From Gemmatimonadota bacterium (GTDB taxonomy: Bacteria; Gemmatimonadota; Gemmatimonadetes; Gemmatimonadales; GWC2-71-9), in assembly GCA_036679645.1 (NCBI GenBank), contig JAZDCY010000064.1, forward strand, positions 1-38,794: a stretch of 38,794 bases of DNA, given 5' to 3'. The position numbers and the translations under genes were made by a program. The notes below the pieces were generated by a model. The model saw nothing but the letters and a program-made list of their open reading frames with translations, had not been told where the DNA came from and made no database searches. Positions within the stretch are counted from its first letter, which is position 1. Each line of letters starts with the position of its first letter. This document shows positions 30,980 to 38,794 of the stretch, piece by piece.

Positions 30980-31426
30980 ACGCGCTCACTCTTCGATACG
31001 GCAGCCGCTCAAGGTGTGCGCGCGCGCCTGGTGGCGCTCACGCCGGAACACGAGCCGCGTTGGGGGCGCATGAACGCCCGGCAAATGCTGGTGCACGTCG
31101 CGCAGCAACTGCGGATGGCGTTGGGCGAGCTTCAACCCAAACCGGTCCCGGCGGGCGCGTTGGGTCGCTGGCCCATGAAGCAACTCGTCATCTACGTGCT
31201 GCCATGGCCCAAAGGCGTACGCACCGCGCCGGAGTTGCTCGTGTGCGATCCGCAGGAGTGGTCACGAGATCGTGAGTCGCTCGAAGAGTTGATCCGCCGG
31301 ATGTCACAATCAGGACCGGAGACGGTTTTTGCGCCGCACCCCGCCTTCGGGAAGCTCAGTGGCCGTGCGTGGGGCGTGTTGTCCTACCGGCATCTGGACC
31401 ACCACTTCCGGCAGTTCGGTGTTTAG
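30980..31426 (+). CDS. DinB-like/DUF1569 family protein; expected start codon position reads ACG
   Basis: (T)RSLFD...LTPEHEPRWGRMNARQMLVH...HPAFGKLS...YRHLDHHFRQFGV; GGAG 6 nt upstream of ACG 30980. Confidence 0.75.
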   Translation, partial: TRSLFDTAAAQGVRARLVALTPEHEPRWGRMNARQMLVHVAQQLRMALGELQPKPVPAGALGRWPMKQLVIYVLPWPKGVRTAPELLVCDPQEWSRDRESLEELIRRMSQSGPETVFAPHPAFGKLSGRAWGVLSYRHLDHHFRQFGV

Positions 31427-31524
31427 CTGAGCACGTGCGTGCCGGCCTGTGCTCGTGCGGAACGCGCACCGAAGTGCTATCATTTCGTTCGTTGATACTT
31501 CCCGCACGAGGAGATCTCGTCCGT

Positions 31525-32115
31525 ATGGAACGTCTGTTCGCAGGTATCGTGGTCGCGGCCTCGATATGTGTCGCGACTCCTGGAATGGCCCAGGAACGTG
31601 GTACGCCGCTAGAGGTGGGTGTCGAGGCGCCCGATTTCGAGATCCCCGGCGCCACGCGCTATGGCGTGCTCCGGGAACCGGTTCGCCTGAGCGATTTCCG
31701 CGGGAAGACCGTCGTCCTGGCGTTCTTTTACCGCGCACGAACGCGTGGCTGAACGATCCAAATGCATGCGTACCGTGATCAGTACGCACAAATGTACCGG
31801 GACGGTCGCGAAATCATTCTGATCGCGATCAGTACAGATTCACCGCAAGCGCTATACGAGTGGGCACGCGATGACGAGTTCCAGTTCCTGTTTGGGAGCG
31901 ACGAAGACTCGGAGGTCGGCCACCAATACGGCGCGTGGCAGAGCATGCGTTCAGGGGGCGGGATCGACAATCGGACGCTGTTCGTTGTAGATACCGCAGG
32001 CGTCATCCAGTACGTCGCCGCACCGTTCAGGGAGATCGATCCGACCGCGTACGAGGAGCTGAGTGCGGCCATCGAGCGTATCGCCCCGCCGCTGGCGGAC
32101 GAGGAAATGGAGTAA
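31525..32115 (+). CDS. Exported peroxiredoxin (AhpC/TSA/BCP-like), predicted selenoprotein with TGA at 31750-31752 read as Sec76
   Basis: ORFs 31369..31752 and 31762..32115 share a frame and join into one Prx: signal peptide, VGVEAPDF, VRLSDFRGKTVVLAFFYRARTRG[TGA]TIQM, IAISTD, NRTLFVVD. GAGGAG RBS. Confidence 0.88.
31767..31788 (+). promoter_or_regulatory. Candidate bacterial SECIS hairpin
   Basis: TGCGTAC-CGTGATCA-GTACGCA: perfect 7-bp stem starting 14 nt after the TGA, with G at loop position 2. Confidence 0.7.
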
Positions 32116-32143
32116 CGCCAGTCGGTCAGGTGTGACGCTATGG

Positions 32144-32180
32144 AAAAAGGGCAACGGTCATGGACCGTTGCCCTTTCTCT
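32144..32180. terminator. Probable bidirectional intrinsic terminator
   Basis: AAAGGGCAACGGTC-ATG-GACCGTTGCCCTTT 14-bp perfect stem between convergent genes, flanked by an A-run and T-rich sequence. Confidence 0.85.
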
Positions 32181-32202
32181 CGGAGGGGACCCGCCCACCC
32201 GC

Positions 32203-32655
32203 TCAGTCCACCGATCGCTCAGCTTCGAAGCGACCGCTCAGTACGGAATCCGCCTCACTTGTCTCATAGTGCGCCACGAAGGTCCCCATCATCATCTCTC
32301 CATCTAAGCGGGAGACACTCCGCACCGACACCATGACGCCCGCTCGGAGCATGCTCTCGTAGGGTCCGGCCTCCACGACTACGCTGTCGCCGTTGACCGC
32401 GACCACACGCATGGGCAGGGGATCCCGATCGGGGAACTTCATCGTCCAGCCTTCCATGTTGTCGGTCGCGACCATCTCATAGGTCACTATTACACTGTCG
32501 CTTCCTTCGGACATGGCCCGGACGGTCCAGGTGCCGGCGACGTCGGCCAGCGCAATGGTTGGCGCCGTTGATTCGTCGGGAGTATCTGCGGTTTCCTCGG
32601 AGGCGGCGCAACCGACGAGGGCAACCGCACAGCATAGTAGTGCGAGACGCGACAT
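32203..32655 (-). CDS. Hypothetical lipoprotein (beta-barrel-like)
   Basis: GGAGG RBS, MSRLALLCCAVALVGC lipobox, DVAGTW motif. Confidence 0.8.
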   Translation of the reverse strand: MSRLALLCCAVALVGCAASEETADTPDESTAPTIALADVAGTWTVRAMSEGSDSVIVTYEMVATDNMEGWTMKFPDRDPLPMRVVAVNGDSVVVEAGPYESMLRAGVMVSVRSVSRLDGEMMMGTFVAHYETSEADSVLSGRFEAERSVD

Positions 32656-32845
32656 GGAACCTCCCTGCATGAGGGATCGTGAGAGCCGGGAGAAGCTACC
32701 CGCTCGGTACTGACCAGGCAAGCAAGACGGTTCGAGTCTGTGGTGATGGTCTGGTATGGTCGCCGATGGCTTCTTCCTGGCGGCGATCGCGGTCGTCATC
32801 GGGACACTGGGATACGAGGCGTTCGTGCGCCCGGGCCGTTAGCGG

Positions 32846-33715
32846 CTAGCGCCGCAAGACCGTGAAAAAGGCGCTATCGCTCGCGAAGGCGCTGAACACA
32901 CCCAACCCGTTTACGATGTTCGACGGTGGCTCGTTCAGATCCCGCGAATCCTGTGTGCGGTTCTCGTAGAGCTGAGCGTACTCCGCGTTGACCCGGTAGA
33001 GTCTCACGCGATGGTCGCCCAGGAACTCGAGCGTCACCGCGTTGATGGTGGCGGCATCGTCGTCGGTCGGGGTGGAAACGAACCGGAACCGGGTACCGAT
33101 GCGATCGCGGATCTGGTCGGGTACGATCGGCTCGGCGGTGTCATCGAGGCTCTCGACGACCACGAAGTGGAGCAATCGGTCGGGATTGGACCAGGTGACG
33201 CCTAGCTCTTGTTCTGGATCGTTGAGGCCTGGTCCTCCCCGCTGGCGACCGCGCCCGCCGCCAAAGGCGGGGGCGTAGACGATCCCTGACGAGAGGGCCA
33301 TACCGGACGGCGGTGGCGGAACGGTCGTCTCCCCGCTCGCCACCGTTCCCTGATACGACACCTCGATCCGGAACCGATCGCCCACGTTCACCTGGATGTT
33401 GCCGGGATCTTCGTAGTAGCCATCCGTGCCAGTGGCCACGAGGTCGTATGTGATGTTGTCGCGGACCAACCGCACGACGGCATCGTTGATGGGAACGGGA
33501 GTCTGGTCCGCACTGCTCAACGGGATGGTCTGCGTTACCCGGATCTCGGTCACGGGCTCGCCGGCAAACAGAAAAGCCTCGATGACGACCAGGTCGGATC
33601 CCGCGGGGTCGGTCGGATTGCTGGTGCATGCGCCCAGAATGAATGATGCACATGCGACCGCTACCGTGAGGCGGGGAGAGGCGAAGGCGGACGAAGCAGG
33701 ACAGTGATAGGTCAT
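32846..33715 (-). CDS. DUF4249-like lipoprotein partner of the TonB-dependent receptor
   Basis: Lipobox LGAC, LVVIEAFL, PPSNIVNGLGVFSAF C-terminus; 7 bp downstream of the receptor gene. Confidence 0.78.
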   Translation of the reverse strand: MTYHCPASSAFASPRLTVAVACASFILGACTSNPTDPAGSDLVVIEAFLFAGEPVTEIRVTQTIPLSSADQTPVPINDAVVRLVRDNITYDLVATGTDGYYEDPGNIQVNVGDRFRIEVSYQGTVASGETTVPPPPSGMALSSGIVYAPAFGGGRGRQRGGPGLNDPEQELGVTWSNPDRLLHFVVVESLDDTAEPIVPDQIRDRIGTRFRFVSTPTDDDAATINAVTLEFLGDHRVRLYRVNAEYAQLYENRTQDSRDLNEPPSNIVNGLGVFSAFASDSAFFTVLRR

Positions 33716-33722
33716 CGTGTGC

Positions 33723-36182
33723 TCAGTAGCTGAAACGGATCGAGATGTTGGGCGTCCGGCCGAGGTAGGTGACGTCGGTGATCAACACCGGCGACTCACT
33801 GAGGTCGAACTGCCGATACCAGACGTTGCGGCGGTTGTACAGATTGAACACCGAGAGCCCGAAGTCCGCGTCCACGTTGCCTATACGGAGCCGATAATGC
33901 GCAGCGAGGTCCAATCGATGGTAGGCCGGGAGCCGCAAGCCGTTCTTCTCACCAACGTGGATGTAGCTCTGCTGTGTCCCGTCCAGCAGCTCGATGGTGT
34001 ACTCCGACTCGGGTGCGGTGTACGGACGCCCCGAACCCAGTGCCCACGTCGCCGACAGGTTCCATCGACCCAGATTGAGCGAGCCGACCGCTTTCAGCTC
34101 GTGCGTCTGGTCTTGGAGTGCCGGAAACGGTTCTCCGTTGTTCAGGCCGGGGAATTCATGCTCGACTTCGGCGAGCGTGTAGCTCAACCATCCCGTGAAG
34201 CGCCCCAGCTTCCGTTGGGCGAGCAGCTCCAGCCCGCGCGCCACGCCGCTGCCCGCGAAGAAGAGGTTGACCGGCTCGACCGTCCGATTCCGCTGGAACC
34301 GCAGGGAGAACTCGTTCAGACCCTCGAACTCCTGCCGGTACAGCTCGGCGTCGAGCAGGAGACCACCCGTCTCGTAGCTGGCGCCCACCACGTAGTGGCG
34401 TGACGACTGCACGTCTACCAGATCGCCGTCGGCCAAGAGCCAGAAATCGCGCGCGCCCTCGGTCACGTTTTCGTTCACGACACGGTTGACGAACTGATGA
34501 TACTTGCCGACAGCACCCTTGATGCGCACGCGATTTGTCAGCGCGTAAACGAGCGAGAACCGTGGCTCCACGTAGTACCGGTCGGTCTGATCGTAGTGGG
34601 ACACGCGTGCACCAATCGTGAGGCTCAGGGGCGCGGCGATCTGCCATGCATCCTGGACGTAGGCCTCCGCGCGTGTCGCTTCCTGATCCCGATCCAGGAT
34701 CGTCGTGGTATCGTCCCGGGTGAACGTGTAGGTGACGTCGGACCGCGTGAACCACGTCCCGAACATGATCTTGTGCCCACGGGCCACGTCCCACTCGTTG
34801 TCGAGTCGGAGGGTCAGATCGCCGACCCGATTGTCCTCGACGCTGCCGAACGAGCGCGACGTGAGGATCGAGTCGGTCTGTGAGTCGCGAACCTCGAGTG
34901 AGGTTCGGCGTGTGAAGTCGCTGAAGTACGTCGAGTAGGCGACGAGTCCGTTCGAGTACAGCCGGGAATTCCACTGCCGGGCCCACTTCCCGCTGACCCC
35001 GTGGTTGCCCCAGTCGGTGAACTCGGTCAGATCACTGGCCTGCTGACGGGAGGGAAGCGTGCCGAACGTCAGCTCTCTGTTCAACACGCGGGACTCGTCC
35101 AGAAAATCCTGTCCGTTGTACACGCTCAGCGACAGCACGTCCCTCCCGGACGGCCGGAACGTGATTTTCCCGTTGAGGTCGTAGAAGTAGAAGTCGGGCT
35201 GAACGGTGGCGAATTGGGCGTTCGCAAACTGTCCTCCTCGTGCGCCGCCCCCGCCCCCGCCGCGGCCCGCAAACGGTCCCGCCGTCGCGGGTTCTTCCGC
35301 ACCGGTGAACATGTCGAAAATATCCTGGTAGACCGAGCTGCGGATGATGTCGGTGTACGATCGCCGGCCGGAGATGAGGATCGACCCGCGCCCACCGAGC
35401 GGGATCTCCATCGCTGCGCTGGCACTCAGCAGGTTCCCCGCCACACCAGCACGTAGCTGATTCTGGTCCCCGGTCCTGCCGGTCAGCTCGACTACCCCGG
35501 CCACCCGCCCGCCGTACTGGGCCGGATATCCACCCTTGTAGACCTGAACGTCCTTGATGGCGTCAGCATTGAACGCGCTGAAGAACCCGAAGAAATGGTC
35601 GACGTGATACACCGTCATCCCGTCCAGCAGGACGAGGTTCTGGTCCGGTGTGCCGCCGCGAATAAACAGACCGGACGAGCTTTCGTTGGTGCCGCTGATC
35701 CCGGGGAGCAGCTGCAGCGAGCGGAAGATGTCCGTCTCCCCAATGCTCGGGAGCAAGGCCAGGTCCCGGGGTGACGCCGTCAGATGGCTCACGCCGTCGG
35801 CGATGTCGATCATGCGGTAGCTCTCGGCCACCACCAGGGGATCGAGTTCAATGGGGAGGCGCGTCATCTCAATGATCAGCAGGTCATCGGCCGCCGGAGC
35901 GATCGTGGTGTCGAGCGGCGCATAGCCGAGGTACGTCACGCGCACGGTGATCGCGCTGTTGGGAAGACCGAGGAGTGCGAAATACCCGTCGGTATTAGTC
36001 GACGTCGTGACGCGCGTGCCCATGACAGCTACACGAGCATAAGGCAGGGTCTCGCCGCTCGTCTCGTCCCGCACCACGCCCTGAATGGTGCGCCGCTGTT
36101 GTGCCGTCGCTACCCTGACCGCGAGCGTTCCCGACAGGAGCAGCGCGCCGGCCAGGAGCGCACGGCGTGTGCAACCCCGCAT
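33723..36182 (-). CDS. TonB-dependent outer-membrane receptor with N-terminal carboxypeptidase-regulatory-like domain
   Basis: Signal peptide, GVVRDETSGETLPYA...TNTDGYF, plug LQLLPG...IRGGTPDQNLVLLDG, barrel RLPAYHRLDL, FNLYNRRN, terminal aromatic residue. Confidence 0.92.
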   Translation of the reverse strand: MRGCTRRALLAGALLLSGTLAVRVATAQQRRTIQGVVRDETSGETLPYARVAVMGTRVTTSTNTDGYFALLGLPNSAITVRVTYLGYAPLDTTIAPAADDLLIIEMTRLPIELDPLVVAESYRMIDIADGVSHLTASPRDLALLPSIGETDIFRSLQLLPGISGTNESSSGLFIRGGTPDQNLVLLDGMTVYHVDHFFGFFSAFNADAIKDVQVYKGGYPAQYGGRVAGVVELTGRTGDQNQLRAGVAGNLLSASAAMEIPLGGRGSILISGRRSYTDIIRSSVYQDIFDMFTGAEEPATAGPFAGRGGGGGGARGGQFANAQFATVQPDFYFYDLNGKITFRPSGRDVLSLSVYNGQDFLDESRVLNRELTFGTLPSRQQASDLTEFTDWGNHGVSGKWARQWNSRLYSNGLVAYSTYFSDFTRRTSLEVRDSQTDSILTSRSFGSVEDNRVGDLTLRLDNEWDVARGHKIMFGTWFTRSDVTYTFTRDDTTTILDRDQEATRAEAYVQDAWQIAAPLSLTIGARVSHYDQTDRYYVEPRFSLVYALTNRVRIKGAVGKYHQFVNRVVNENVTEGARDFWLLADGDLVDVQSSRHYVVGASYETGGLLLDAELYRQEFEGLNEFSLRFQRNRTVEPVNLFFAGSGVARGLELLAQRKLGRFTGWLSYTLAEVEHEFPGLNNGEPFPALQDQTHELKAVGSLNLGRWNLSATWALGSGRPYTAPESEYTIELLDGTQQSYIHVGEKNGLRLPAYHRLDLAAHYRLRIGNVDADFGLSVFNLYNRRNVWYRQFDLSESPVLITDVTYLGRTPNISIRFSY

Positions 36183-36319
36183 CGTGCCTCCGGAAGATCC
36201 GTCAGGACATGGACAGTCCGGGCTGCGGGAACGTTAGTCGGTGGCCGAAGTCCCGAGTCCCGGACTCAGAGTCCGAGCTCGGTCAATGCACAGCGTTCCA
36301 AAGGGATGCCGGCGGGATG

Positions 36320-36868
36320 CTAGATTGGCTGGAACAGCTGTTTCAGCTCGATTGCCAGAGGCTCGCTGGCGCCCTCAGGTTCCCACACAACTCTCTCCCG
36401 CTCGATCGTCGGGAACTTGGTCTCCGGCGTCCATACCTCTACGCTCTTGTCGTCGGGGTCAACGATCCAGTAGAACGGTATACCCACTTCCTGGTACAGT
36501 CTCCGTTTCGTGAACCTGTCGTGGCGGCCGGTGGACGGACTCAACACTTCGACGGTGAGAAGAAGATCCTGCATTCGTGACCAATCGAGAGTGCGCGCTT
36601 GTTCCAGATTCACAACGAACAGATCGGGCTGCACCAGGATGTCGGGACCCCATGAGATGTCTGCCGGTGATGCAAAGAGGTGTGCCACGGGCTGCTCGCC
36701 CAGGTAGGCGCTGAGAGCTATCAATACCCTCCGCACGATCTCCTGATGCCATGCCCGCGGCGCGGGTGTCACGAGCAACTCCCCGTGCACGGTCTCGTAA
36801 CGCTTGCCGTCGTCGGGTAGTACGCGAACCATCTCGGCCGAGTAGTAAACGGGTGCCGCCATGGCCAT
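36320..36868 (-). CDS. Uma2/DUF820 family PD-(D/E)XK endonuclease-like protein
   Basis: RYETVHGEL, VQPDLFVV, VEVLSPST, DRFTKRRLY, YWIVDP. Confidence 0.9.
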   Translation of the reverse strand: MAMAAPVYYSAEMVRVLPDDGKRYETVHGELLVTPAPRAWHQEIVRRVLIALSAYLGEQPVAHLFASPADISWGPDILVQPDLFVVNLEQARTLDWSRMQDLLLTVEVLSPSTGRHDRFTKRRLYQEVGIPFYWIVDPDDKSVEVWTPETKFPTIERERVVWEPEGASEPLAIELKQLFQPI

Positions 36869-37004
36869 AATGTCGCCTCGGCGATGAGTAGAGTGCAAGT
36901 AGGATACACGGACTACTATGTGTTGTCGGCAGGCCAATTCCGGTACCTTTTTCTTGCCCTACGTGGCCGAAGTTTGGCGACGGCCCGACACCAAGGAGGC
37001 TTTG

Positions 37005-38621
37005 ATGCGTGGCCGAATGATGGAGACCCCCCTCCTCATTTCTTCCCTCATCGAGCACGCGGGACGCGTGCACAAGGACCGGGCCGTAGTTTCCCGCACG
37101 GTCGAAGGCCCGATCGCCCGAAGCACGTGGGGCGAGGTCCGCCAACGGTCCAAGCAACTCGCCGGAGTGCTGACCGCGCGTGGCATTTCCGACGGTGACC
37201 GGATCGCGACGCTGGCGTGGAATACGCATCGCCATCTGGAGATCTACTACGGCGTCTCGGGGATGGGGGCGGTCTGCCACACGCTGAACCCGCGCCTGCA
37301 TCCCACGCAGCTCGTCTACATCGTGAACCACGCCGAGGATAAGATCATCTTCCTCGACTCGACATTCGTGCCACTCGCCGAGGCCGTGGCAAAGCAGCTC
37401 GAGACGGTGGAGACCTATGTCGTGCTGAGCGATGCGGAACACATGCCGGACACAAAGCTCGCGAACGCCGTCGCGTACGAAGACTTCGTTGCCACACACG
37501 ATGGTGACTATCAATGGCCGCTGCTGGACGAGCGCGCGGCAGCCGCGCTGTGCTATACGTCGGGGACCACCGGGCACCCCAAGGGCGTGCTCTACAGCAA
37601 CCGGTCGACCGTGCTGCACGCCTATGGGATTAGCGTCCGCGATGTATTCGACTTTTCTCAGTCGGCGGTCTGTCTGCCCATTGTGCCAATGTTCCATGCC
37701 TGCGCGTGGGGGATCCCGTACGCCGCCGCCGCGACCGGAACTTCGCTCGTCATGCCGGGCCCGCGCCTGGACCCCGCGGGAGTCACCGAGCTGATGGCAG
37801 GTGAGAGTGTGACCATGTGCGCCGGCGTGCCGTCCGTTTTCATTCCGCTGCTGCAGCACTGGAGGGACAGCGGTGGTGCGAAGCCGGAGACCCTGAGCGT
37901 GGTGCTGCTCGGTGGATCCGCGCCGCCGCGATCCTTGATTGCGGCTCTGGAGGGCGAGTTCGAGATCGAGTTCCGCCACGCCTGGGGCATGACGGAGACG
38001 AGCCCGCTCGGAACGGTCAATGCGCTGACCCCGGAACACAGGCAGCAGACGGTCGAGGAGTACTCACTCTTTCAGACCAAGCAGGGTCGCCCTCCGTTCG
38101 GCGTGGAGATCCGCATCGTAGACCAGGACCGCACGACGGTGCTGCCGCACGACGGCAAGGCGTTCGGCGAGCTTCAGATTCGCGGTCCCTGGATTGTGGA
38201 CGGCTACTTCAAGGGCGACGAGCAGACGCTCACGGACGACGGTTGGTTCCCGACCGGCGATGTCTCCACCATCGATGAACATTTCTACATGCAGATCACC
38301 GACCGGACCAAAGACTTGATCAAGTCCGGTGGCGAGTGGATCAGCTCGATCGATGTCGAGAACAGCGCGATGGATCACCCGGACATCATCATGGCAGCCG
38401 TGATCGGCATTCCCGACGAGAAGTGGGGCGAGCGCCCGATCATGATCGCGGTACCCACCGAGGGAACCTCTCCTACTAAGGAAACCGTCATCGAGTACCT
38501 GACGGGGACGCTCGCCAAGTGGCAGCTACCGGACGACGTGATCTTCGTCGATCGGTTGCCGATGGGCGCTACCGGCAAGGTGCAGAAGACGAAGCTCAGG
38601 GAGCAGTACGGAGCCGGCTGA
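37005..38621 (+). CDS. Acyl-CoA ligase (medium/long-chain; DmdB/AlkK-like)
   Basis: [54 protein letters not shown]. Confidence 0.93.
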   Translation: MRGRMMETPLLISSLIEHAGRVHKDRAVVSRTVEGPIARSTWGEVRQRSKQLAGVLTARGISDGDRIATLAWNTHRHLEIYYGVSGMGAVCHTLNPRLHPTQLVYIVNHAEDKIIFLDSTFVPLAEAVAKQLETVETYVVLSDAEHMPDTKLANAVAYEDFVATHDGDYQWPLLDERAAAALCYTSGTTGHPKGVLYSNRSTVLHAYGISVRDVFDFSQSAVCLPIVPMFHACAWGIPYAAAATGTSLVMPGPRLDPAGVTELMAGESVTMCAGVPSVFIPLLQHWRDSGGAKPETLSVVLLGGSAPPRSLIAALEGEFEIEFRHAWGMTETSPLGTVNALTPEHRQQTVEEYSLFQTKQGRPPFGVEIRIVDQDRTTVLPHDGKAFGELQIRGPWIVDGYFKGDEQTLTDDGWFPTGDVSTIDEHFYMQITDRTKDLIKSGGEWISSIDVENSAMDHPDIIMAAVIGIPDEKWGERPIMIAVPTEGTSPTKETVIEYLTGTLAKWQLPDDVIFVDRLPMGATGKVQKTKLREQYGAG

Positions 38622-38735
38622 GGCGCAGACTTCGTCTTCGGCGACGCGGCGCTGCCTCGTTAGCTTACGAGCGGCAATCGCTGCCTGCGGGGGTCACGAT
38701 GCGCCGCCATGTTCGAGGTTGAGGCATAACCGCGA

Positions 38736-38794
38736 ATGGACGCACTTGCCAATAGACTGAGAAAGGCGCTCGGCTCCTCCTACGAAGTCGGGCC
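38736..38794 (+). CDS. 5' end of a probable Ser/Thr protein kinase (partial)
   Basis: MDALANRLRKALGSSYEVG resembles the L..AL...Y.. lead-in of Hanks-type kinases; only 19 codons are visible. Confidence 0.4.
   Translation, partial: MDALANRLRKALGSSYEVG

Noticed and set aside
31369..32115. Two separate small genes (127 aa and 117 aa) or a plain nonsense pseudogene
   Set aside because: The stop falls precisely on the catalytic residue and is followed by a SECIS-like hairpin, so Sec recoding is the more parsimonious reading.
36320..36868. Uma2 gene as part of an anti-phage defence island
   Set aside because: No other defence or mobility genes nearby; the neighbours are metabolic and transport genes.
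36459..38039. 526-aa minus-strand ORF
   Set aside because: Shadow of the acyl-CoA ligase; no recognisable domain.
37005..38621. DMSP demethylation pathway (DmdB with the acyl-CoA dehydrogenase as DmdC)
   Set aside because: Ligase substrate cannot be inferred from motifs; the dehydrogenase is a 388-aa short-chain type 22 kb away and no dmdA is present.

Overview
High-GC bacterial chromosomal window with about 30 genes and no integrase, transposase, CRISPR array, tRNA or rRNA. The gene repertoire resembles Gemmatimonadota (inference only). In order: a broken YyaL/DUF255 gene, nth, a hydrolase/GAF/M28 peptidase run, a four-gene ECF transporter, two tandem HEAT-repeat paralogs, M42 peptidase, OPT transporter, acyl-CoA dehydrogenase, four type IV minor pilins with a candidate sigma54 promoter, deoC plus an ALDH16-type dehydrogenase, a methionine block (metH, yitJ-like fusion, divergent MTHFR-like gene), PaaI thioesterase, esterase, DinB-like protein, a peroxiredoxin, a TonB receptor/lipoprotein pair, a Uma2 nuclease, an acyl-CoA ligase and the start of a probable Ser/Thr kinase. 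The strongest signals missed by the ORF track are: (1) a secreted peroxiredoxin with an in-frame TGA at the catalytic position and a SECIS-like hairpin, i.e. a likely selenoprotein; (2) a SAM-II riboswitch wired to a terminator/antiterminator switch upstream of metH; (3) an ECF ATPase pair in which one composite ATP site looks coordinately dead; (4) 8-mer repeat elements inside coding sequences; (5) several apparent deletion scars and an ACG in place of a start codon. I cannot establish from sequence alone that any of these is a wholly new system.
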